A stretch of DNA of 64,000 nt from contig OX597816.1 of assembly GCA_951406725.2 (NCBI GenBank), positions 105,090,001 through 105,154,000 on the forward strand, written 5' to 3'. A program made the translations under genes and the position numbers. Position 1 is the first letter of the stretch. Every line of letters starts with the position of its first letter. The stretch comes from Octopus vulgaris. Taxonomy: Eukaryota. Positions 55,126-64,000 of this stretch are shown piece by piece. The notes beneath the pieces were generated by a model. That model was not told the DNA's origin. It made no database searches and worked only from the letters and a program-made list of their open reading frames with translations.

Positions 55126-57610
55126 TCAAGAACGTACCGGTTCACCGTGAACCGTCGAGAGTTTTAGCCATTCTGGAGCATGGGGTTATTGTAGAGGTGA
55201 AGTCCACCCCACAACTCAACAGGACTGGAATTCTTATGGAATTCCTGATACTAGTTTCTCCAGAGGAAATAAATCGTGTTCCCGACTTTCTCTGTTTCGG
55301 GGAATACGAACAGATGCCCGTTTATACAGAAGGGAAAAAAAACAAAGTGTTTTGTGTATGGGAAAACGAACCAATGGTGAAGGCACGAAGCTCTCCACCG
55401 TTACTACCACCTCCTCAACGTGTGAACAAAACTACTACCTCACATCTGCCTACTTTATCCGACTTGGGCCTCACAAAAGCAAAGACTTCATTGACATCGC
55501 ATCAAGAGGCCTTTGTCAAGGAGAAGAGAAAAACTGAATCTGAAGCAACAGAGACCGGCCAAAATTGAAGGCCCTAAGACATGACAGTTAAAAGTAAAAT
55601 CTATCACAACACCAATTAAAAAAACAAATCAACACCAACATCAACATCCTCATCACAAGACAACCCATTTTACAAACACATTCATAGCCACAAAAATCAC
55701 GAAAACAAAAAGAAACATCCGTAAAACAAAATGGCTAACAGTCATACTCTCGGGAACGTACTTCCTTCATCAACTCCACCGTTGCTCAGAAGAACACCAT
55801 TGAATTGATTGAAGAAGTAAGTAATTACTAACAAAAACATTGTAACAGGTGGAGAAGGTTTTGCAGAACTCCTTCCGAAAACTCCATCTGACAGGATGTT
55901 AATTCAAACAGATACGGATACGTATCTTGATTTGAAACAGAAATTCCACTAAGACATTGAAGGATTTAGTTAAGTACCCAAGACTTAGAAAAACATTGCC
56001 CAACTCCCACCTCGATTAAAAAGAAGACTGTGTCAACAGTCATCCCTTTGAAGACAAAAGTACGTAACTCTAGGTTCAGCTTGGAAGCAGGGTTATCTGC
56101 TAAACGATATCAGGTCCTTTAATTTAGATGTGACAGCAATTAGTGAGACGAGAATTTCCGGAAAACATGCTCTAGCATCCATTTTTCGAAGACTGCGTGG
56201 TATTATCATCTTGTGGTTTGTCGGGGGCGGGCGGCTGTATAGTAGTGTTATTCCGAAAATCCTTAGGTCTCAAAGTAAGAGCAGACTTCACGGACCCGGT
56301 CGGTAGGTTGGTGGTACTAGATGTGAATGGCAGTGATGATGGTACCTTTAGACTGGTGGCCATGTATGACCCGACAAGGGCTGGAAGGTCAGATTTCTTC
56401 AGGCGTCTAGAAATATTCCTGGAAACGTCTCGTATTTCAGTACTAGCTGGGGACTAGTTGGACCTTCGGAAGGACTGTGCGAGTCTTGTATATAGAAGAA
56501 GTGAGTGTAAAGGCCTCGAAAACCTGCTCAGAAACGTCCAGCTGCCTGATTGGTATTGAATTTTCCTGATGTGCCACTTTGGGCATGGAGCAACCACAAT
56601 GGATCATCTAGATTGTATCTAGATAGAGAGTATTTGTTAGGCCAGCGGATAAGTATATCATAGGGTGTCTACAATTCAAATTAATCGGCTACACAGACCA
56701 CAAATTTGTGATCTACACAGTCGATTTAGATAGAACTTGTAGACAGGGATTCGATTACTGGAAGTTGGACGCGTCCTTTCCGGCACGCAAACACTACAGG
56801 GACCAGATTAATGAACCAGTTAAGCAGCAGTTGACGGGGGTAATTGTCAACAATCGGTGGTGTATAGCCCTCGAGCAAGCAATTAGAGCAGAATCGATAG
56901 TGTTTAGCAAATAGTTAGCAATAAAAAGAAAGAAATCAGAGGGAGAACTAAACTAGCAAACTGGAAGAGGCGATTAGTAAAAGCATTGCAACTGACGTGT
57001 TAGCAGCGAGAATGGCTCTTGACCATTTCCTGGAGGCGAAACACGAAGGATGCGTTGTCAGGGCTAAGGTCTGTGCGCTAAAACATGAGGAAACTAAAGT
57101 CGTCTGATGAGCCCGAACGGTAAATATGCGACGTGGCAAGAAAACTACGATGTGCTGTCAGACGGGCTTGTCCGAGGTGTACGCAGGGCGATGAAACCGG
57201 TCTGCGTGCACTCGATCAGTGTCCGGGAATAGCTGATCTATGGAATTATGTCGAACAGCTGTTATTGCGCGTGGGACGGATCCGTCTGTCATCCAAGCCC
57301 ATAGTGTTGATAGCCCTCCCTTAATCGTGCTGGCAAGGCAATTTTCCTTTGCTAGGTTGTTGTGGCGAAAGAGGTTGTCTGATGGACGAGGCTGAACGGA
57401 ATGAGGACAGAGACATCCCTTTTTGGTAAAGCCCTCATCGACTGTTTTAAGCCTCACTTGAAAAGTAAGAGTAAATAGGAAGATGCTGTCCTCGAGTGAA
57501 TTTATCAAAAAGTGGGTTCAAGTTAAGAAAATGGCGAAAGGAGATGGTAACACTTTCAGTGTAGACTTGTGATTCGGTGGAAAAATACACAGAGAGAGAA
57601 AATAAAAAAA
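55126..57610 (+). mobile_element. Internally deleted Tx1/L1-clade LINE (ORF1 part, APE endonuclease, C-terminal finger)
   Basis: ORF1 with CFVCGK knuckle (~55350). APE motifs AISETR, DPVGRLVVLDV, VLAGD, YLDR, TDHKFV and YWKL, then directly CPRC..DET..C. No RT domain; A-rich tail. Confidence 0.8.
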
Positions 57611-57729
57611 GATTTAGTGGCTGTAAAAATTTATTATTAATTAAATTAATATCTATTTAAACCAGTGGCCTAGCATATTGAAAATAATCTGAAGATTCAG
57701 AAAATTATATTACATACATATAAGAGGAA

Positions 57730-57779
57730 TGACCACTAGGTGGATTCCTTTAGCATATTAGGAATCCACCTAGTGGTCA
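57730..57779. repeat. Perfect 20-bp hairpin with 10-nt loop
   Basis: tgaccactaggtggattcct / aggaatccacctagtggtca. Confidence 0.92.
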
Positions 57780-57791
57780 ATAAGTGTGTGT

Positions 57792-57854
<63 letters not shown>

Positions 57855-58442
57855 GAAAGATAAATGTGTGAGTGTGCGTGTGTGTGCATATATATAGAGA
57901 AAGAAGGGGATGGGAGATGAGATAGAGGAGGGAAGAAAGATAGATAAAGATAGAGATGTACGCTTGCGCGCGCGCGTGTGTGTGTGTGTTAGAATGTGTT
58001 TATTTGCGGAAATTGAAAGCATAATTCATAATAAAGAACTCAATACTAATTAATATGATTATAATAAGTTTATTTATTTTCTATTGGCAATGGATTACAT
58101 TTGTTTCTCTCAACGTGCAAAATTGTATGAGCCAACAACGGAGCCTTTACTTACTAGAAATAATAAGCAAATCTCCCTAACATAACACCACACTGTTCTT
58201 CAAAGATGATAAACACAATGGATAATGTAACTTTAGAAAGATTTCTTTATTAGCCACACGGGGCTCAATGTAACTTTAGATTAAAAAAAGACGTCGGTAA
58301 CACATCTGGATCCCTTCTGGTCATACATCTGTTTAATAAAAGCGTACCTAGGCAGTATATAAGAACTGAGAAACTCTTCCTTAACATGCAACATATTACC
58401 ATAATGTCTTGGGTTAAATAGAATCATCAAGGTGAATCACTC

Positions 58443-58549
58443 TGTACATGTTATTGACGGCTATTTGTACATGTTACTGACCGCTATGTTATTGACCGCT
58501 ATCATGCTATTGACAGATATCAATAAATGTTATTGACTGCTATTTGTAC
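58443..58549 (+). repeat. Minisatellite with five TGTTATTGACNGCTA-like units
   Basis: Direct inspection; variable unit length. Confidence 0.75.
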
Positions 58550-58874
58550 GATAGAAGTTTCGGAATATAAATCTGCCAAGGAAAAGTCAGTTTCATATGC
58601 GAGGTAACGGCAATTTCATTTATTCACTCGGAAACTTTATAAATTTGTGTTCAAGCTATATTCTGTGTATCATTTAATTATATTTGTTCTCATTAAAGCA
58701 TATTACATAGCCACTACACATTCTTTATTTTCTCTCCTTGTTTCTTTCAGCGTTCCTTTCTGTGGAAAAGCGTAGACTCGAAACATTAAAGACTTTTTCA
58801 CTTCCTGAGCGTTAAACTTATACATCTGTTAGTTGTCTACACCACCTGTCTTCGTCTTTTGTTTTTTTATGAAT

Positions 58875-58926
<52 letters not shown>

Positions 58927-58937
58927 CATATATATAT

Positions 58938-59011
<74 letters not shown>

Positions 59012-59299
59012 ACATTTATATACATACATATATTATATATAATAATAAAGGATAAAATCTTTTAAAAAAATTTTCAGTGGCCAGCATATAAAAATAGACC
59101 TATTAAGATGAAATCATATTTATAATTATTATTAAGGGCATAAAAAAATATCTACCTTATATGCTGAAAAGCGACGCTAAATCGTCCAACCACTTTAAAA
59201 CAGTTTTACTTTCTCTTTTTCCTTTTTTCTATTAAGTATGGTGCTGTGTATAGAGAGTGCTGCAACTTTAGTCTACACATTTTTAATTTACCCATCCCG

Positions 59300-60440
59300 A
59301 AATAGCAAGGTTCATATTATCGATCAAAAAACAAAAGAAAAGTAGTTGATGAAAATAATTACATCTACGATTTTCATTCAAGCCATACAAAACTAGGAAA
59401 AGAATACTGGAGATGTGAAAAAAGAAGGCTATGCTCAGTGCGAATTCACACGGTAACGGAAAACAATGAACCGAAAATTATTTATTTTTCTAGTGAGCAC
59501 CTTCATCCAGATGGTGTAGAAAATCAGTTGCAAAAATAAAGCATGAAGCGGTAGAAAACATAACAGCAAGTTCGCGTAACATAATAACTGCGAAGTTTAC
59601 TCTGCTAGCAGAAAATACTTGCGCTCAACTTTATTTGCTTGTACTTTCAAGAACTATTCAAAGGTGCCGACAAAAAATGAAATGGATTTACCGCTAATCT
59701 AAGGGCTAGAACTGGTTTTGAAATATCTGAAGAATATTGTTAACTTGATAATGGCGAACATTTTCTGCGATACGATACGGGTATCGAGGATTAACAGCGC
59801 ATACTAGTATTTGCATCAGAAAGTGCTCTTCAGGACATAGCATCATATCGTCATTGGGCATGTGATGGAACGTTCAAAATTGCGCCAGAACAGTGGTTTC
59901 AATTGTTTAGCATTCATGTACAAGTTAAAGGTGGCAGTTTTCCGCGGGTCTTTGCATTACTGCCGAATACAACAAAGCTGACATACGAATTATTTTTCGA
60001 CCAATTGAAAATCATGCAACCTAATCCATACCTATTTCTTTACTACCCACAAGGGGCTAAACACAGAGGAGACAAACAAGGACAGACAAACGGATTAAGT
60101 CGATTATATCGACCCCAGTGCGTAACTGGTACTTATTTAATCGACCCCAAAAGGATGAAAAGCAAAATTGACCGCGGCGGAATTTGAACTCAGAACGTAG
60201 CGGCAGACGAAATACCGCTAAGCATTTCGCCCCCAGTGTTAAATTTCTGCCATCTCGACGCCTTACAACCTAATCCATACCGCTTGATCTTATGGCAGAT
60301 TTCGAAGATGCAGTACATAAGGCATTTAATTCATCATTCCCTAATTCATCTATGGTGGCGCGTTTGTTTCATCTGAGCCAATCGATATTTCTAAAAATCA
60401 CAGATTTATGCCTCAAAGAAAAATACAATAAAGACTTTGA
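59300..60440 (+). mobile_element. Decayed Mutator-like (MULE) transposase with FLYWCH-like N-terminus
   Basis: YWRCEKR, FLRYDTG..RILVFAS, WACDGTFKIAP, QLFSIH, VFALLP, MADFE and LFHLSQS motifs. Split by a SINE and truncated at ~60440. Confidence 0.82.
60033..60265 (-). mobile_element. Young SINE family 1 copy with a 16-bp TSD inside the MULE
   Basis: caacctaatccatacc at 60017-60032 and 60266-60281. Confidence 0.92.
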
Positions 60441-60443
60441 ATT

Positions 60444-60623
60444 CTGTTCTATATTTAAGAGATGAGGAATTATGTACATTATTTACATTATTTACATTTG
60501 ACGAATATTTATCCTCATTTTGTTTATTGTTAACACAACGTTTCGGCTAATATACCCTCTAGCCTTCAACAGGTGCCTTGGGGAAATTTCGAACCTGGGT
60601 TCTCATTCCTGACGTATTTTTCG

Positions 60624-60688
<65 letters not shown>

Positions 60689-60838
60689 TATTATTCAGGT
60701 CACTGCTTGGAATCGAACTCGGAATCTTGGGGTTAGTAGCCTACGCTCTTAACCACTACGCCATTTGCCCGTGGGCGTAGTGGTTAAGAGCGTGGGCTCT
60801 ATCCCCAAGATTCCGAGTTCGATTCCAAGCAGTGACCA

Positions 60839-60913
<75 letters not shown>

Positions 60914-61003
60914 GTTCGAAATTTCCCCAAGACGCCTGATGGATTGTGTTAACACCAAACAAGATGAGGACAAATATCCGTCAAATGTAAATAATGTATA
61001 TAA
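60444..61003. mobile_element. tRNA-head / (AAT)n / hammerhead element, inverted pair B
   Basis: Minus arm 60444-60773 with HHR at ~60532-60577 (core CTGTTGA...GAAA), joined directly to a plus arm 60774-61003 whose HHR stem II and GAAA are deleted. Same family as 11161-11800. Confidence 0.82.
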
Positions 61004-61016
61004 TGTACTACTACAT

Positions 61017-61758
61017 CATGTATGAAAAATGACATCGCTTAAATGACAGCCATTTTCAACTTCGCACACCCGTACTCTTTCCAAAACTTGCACCATAACA
61101 CCATCAAGATTTTCAGACCCTACTCTGATTTCTCTATAGGTGTTCTTCAGTTGCACCAGGGTCTCCGGTTTGTTGACGTAAACCCTCTCTTTCAGGTATC
61201 CCCACAAGAAAAAATTCGGGATAGTCAAGCCTGGGAAACGTGAAGGCCAGTTGACATTGCCGTAGCAGGTGATTATTCTCTCTCCAAAGCACTGCCATAG
61301 CAACTGCATTGTTTCTCTTGTGAAATGAACAGTTTCCCCATCTTGCTGGAACCATGTCTGAGGTCTACTTTGAATGGCCTTCATGTTCCCCAGTCTTGAC
61401 TATCCCGGATTTTTTCTTCTGGGGATACCTGAAAGAGAGGGTTTATGTCAACAAACTGGAGACCCTGGTGCAACTGAAGGAAAACATCAATAAAGAAATC
61501 AGAGAAGTGAGGTCTGAAACTCTTGAGAATGTTTTGGTGCAAGTTTTGGAAAGAGCACGGGCGTGCGAAGCCGATAATGACTGCCATTTAAGTAATGTCA
61601 TTTTTTATATATATTGTAAAGGTGTTGCTAAATTTGACTTGTGCATATTAATTTCCATTATGTTCTTTGTATTGTATCAAACTTTCGTGTAATTATTTGT
61701 AAAGTTAAGGAAGTTATCAGAAATTGAAACCCATCAGTGGCTTTTGGGACACCTTGTA
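61017..61758. mobile_element. Tc1/mariner relic with inverted duplication of the transposase C-terminus
   Basis: Minus: WFQQDG...NWPSRFPGLT...FFLWGYLKERVY. Plus: WPSCSPVLT...FFFWGYLKERVY. Right end ttttgggacaccttg followed by TA. Confidence 0.85.
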
Positions 61759-62794
61759 TATAGCGCACGTGCATGTGTGTGTGTTTGTGTGTGTGCGCGC
61801 GCGCGTGAGGGTATGTATCCACTGGTGTTATGTATACGCGTTTTATAATTGCTGTAGCGCATATGCTTTGAGTGCATGTCCCTGGTTATGTCTCATTGCA
61901 TGCTTTAGTGTGCTTATATGCTTAATGGTCTTTGTTGATTCCGAGTCAGTGAATATCTTTGTATACATGTATATCGCCATATATACATATTCTTCAAATG
62001 ACAGTTAATTAGGTCAACCGAAAATTGTTTTAGAATCCAGCAATACCAATCATTATCGTCTCTATACAATAAGCTGTCGTACAGATATAGTTTATTTTGA
62101 AATGTTACTATATACAAAAGCAAAAATGGTGTATATTTGAAAGAAATTTTGAAATATAAAATGCACATTTACACACACACATACACAAATACACACAAAC
62201 ACACACACAGACACACACACACACACACACACACACATGCTCACATAAACGTTTCCATACGCACAAGCGCTTAAAAATTGTTGTAAAATGTTGTTCCTCG
62301 TATTTAAGCGAGCCGGCGGAATCGTTGGCGTTATGTCCGTAAAAACGGACAAAATGCCACTAAGTTCTGAGTTCAAATCCCGCCAAGTTGACCAAATTAC
62401 ATACGGCTGTCTTGAAAACAAAAAAATGATGCATTTGATAGTGTAGTCCTACAAATAGCGTATCTGAACAAGAAAGGATCAACACAGCAGAAACACTTGT
62501 TGTCTTAGGTAATGACTGACCTGAGGTAAAGCACTTAGAGACACATAAGTGCACATAAAACTGGCAGTTAACATCCAAACATTCAATTACGTTTTGACAT
62601 ATTTAGTTGAATTTGGTTTTAAATCAACAAATGCATCTAGGTGTATGTTCTTACCAGGTAAGTTCATTCAGATTGGTGATATTTTGCTTGGAAATGATAA
62701 AATCAACGTACTATGTTACAGAGTTATTCTACGATGACGAAAATCTTAAATTTGGGTTAAATTTTCTAATAAGGTAAGTATAAGCCAAGACTAC

Positions 62795-63032
62795 GAGCTG
62801 GCAGAATCGTTAGCACACCGGCGAAGTGCTTAGCAGCATTTCGTCCGTCTTTATGTTCTGAGTACAAATTCTGGCGTGGTCGACTTTACGTTTGACCCTT
62901 TCGGGTTCGATAAAATAGGTAACACTGAGATCAATAAAATATCGGATTCGATAAAATAGGATCACTGAGATCGATGTAATCGACTTATTCCCTTCCCCAA
63001 ACTTACTGGCTTTGTGCCAAAGTTTTTAACCA
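62795..63032 (+). mobile_element. SINE family 1 copy with a small internal duplication
   Basis: gagctggcagaatcgttagc head; ttcgataaaatagg..cactgagatc occurs twice. Confidence 0.8.
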
Positions 63033-63212
63033 ATATAGGTATAAACTATGAACAATACCGATGAAATATAAGAATACTGAAACGTGCATCTGCAGATGAT
63101 GGGAATTTTAAAAAAAAACTATATCATTCTTAATTTTAACTATCTTTTATTATTCTACCACGTACAAAATCTTAACTTTGGTTTAAATGCTCTAATAATA
63201 CATAGGCTACAC

Positions 63213-63283
63213 TAGTGGTTCCCAACCTTTTACTTAAATGAGTTTTCCCTCGGACCCCTTTTGCTATGCTTATCCTTATGTAT

Positions 63284-63333
<50 letters not shown>

Positions 63334-63399
63334 GAAATTTTGAATTTAGTTCACGGACCCCCAGTATTGCCTTTGCGGACCCCAAGTTAGGAACCACTG
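63213..63399. mobile_element. hAT Buster-type MITE with internal (TA)n
   Basis: TIR tagtggttcccaac / gttaggaaccactg; 8-bp TSD ggctacac / agctacac with central TA. Confidence 0.85.
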
Positions 63400-63488
63400 A
63401 GCTACACTAATAAGATATAAATATATTGAAACGTGTATTTTCAGATGATGGTGATAAAAGAAAAAAGAACAATATATACACTATAGAA

Positions 63489-63690
63489 GGCGGTTAACTG
63501 GCAAAATCGTTGCCATGCCGGGAAAAATGCTTAGCGACATTTCTTCCGGCATTACGTTCTGAGTTCAAATGCCGCAGGCGTCGACTTTGCTTTGCAACCT
63601 TTTGGAGTCGATAAAATAAGTACCAGTTAAACACCGGGGTTGATGAAACCGACTTAACCCCTTCCCCCAAATTGATAGCCCTGTGCCAGT
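63489..63690 (+). mobile_element. SINE family 1 copy
   Basis: ggcggttaactggcaaaatcgtt...gagttcaaat...gtcgataaaataagtaccag. Confidence 0.82.
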
Positions 63691-64000
63691 TGCAGTGCAG
63701 ATTATTACACATCACAGGAGGGGGAAAATCAATAGATATATTTTTCAGTGACACAATGCAGTATATTAAACTTTAGCAAGGTTCGAACTTTCACCCAAAC
63801 TTTGCATTGAAACAATAATTACTTCATCCTATTCTTATCCCTTAAAAAGAGGGAAAACCGTACGATTCTACTCGCTGAATGGTAGTATGAAAAGAGAAAT
63901 TATTAATTGAAATATGAACGGTACAAAAACAATATTTTTTTATCATTCATATATCACATAAATTTCTTTTTCCCATTGTTTTCCATCCAGTAGAATAGAT

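Noticed and set aside
58443-58549. CRISPR-like repeat array
   Set aside because: Eukaryotic context, degenerate adjacent units, no unique spacers and no cas genes; it is a minisatellite.

Overview
AT-rich, microsatellite-dense eukaryotic DNA. The SINE families and the (TA)n/(TATG)n/(GATA)n load look like octopus (cephalopod) genomic sequence; this is an inference from recalled repeat families, not a search. One host gene is well supported: a two-exon, minus-strand secreted fibrinogen-related (FReD) protein of 284 aa (exon 1 43359-43512, exon 2 37609-38309), with a TATA box, phase-compatible GT-AG splice sites and a polyA signal. Its ~5 kb intron holds a decayed Buster-type hAT transposon, a MITE and SINEs. 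The rest is a transposon graveyard: Ty3/gypsy, R4/Dong-like and Tx1-like LINEs, RTE, MULE, Tc1/mariner, a Chapaev3-like element, and many tRNA-derived SINEs. The most notable signal is a set of hammerhead-ribozyme (HHR) motifs. A Penelope-like GIY-YIG relic has inverted HHR-bearing pseudo-LTRs inserted in (TA)n. A second small element joins a tRNA-like Pol III head, an (AAT)n tract and a minimal HHR, and occurs twice as a head-to-head palindrome (about 11.2-11.8 kb and 60.4-61.0 kb). Most ORFs in the supplied track are microsatellite or SINE artefacts. Repeat boundaries were read by eye and are approximate unless a TSD or TIR is quoted.
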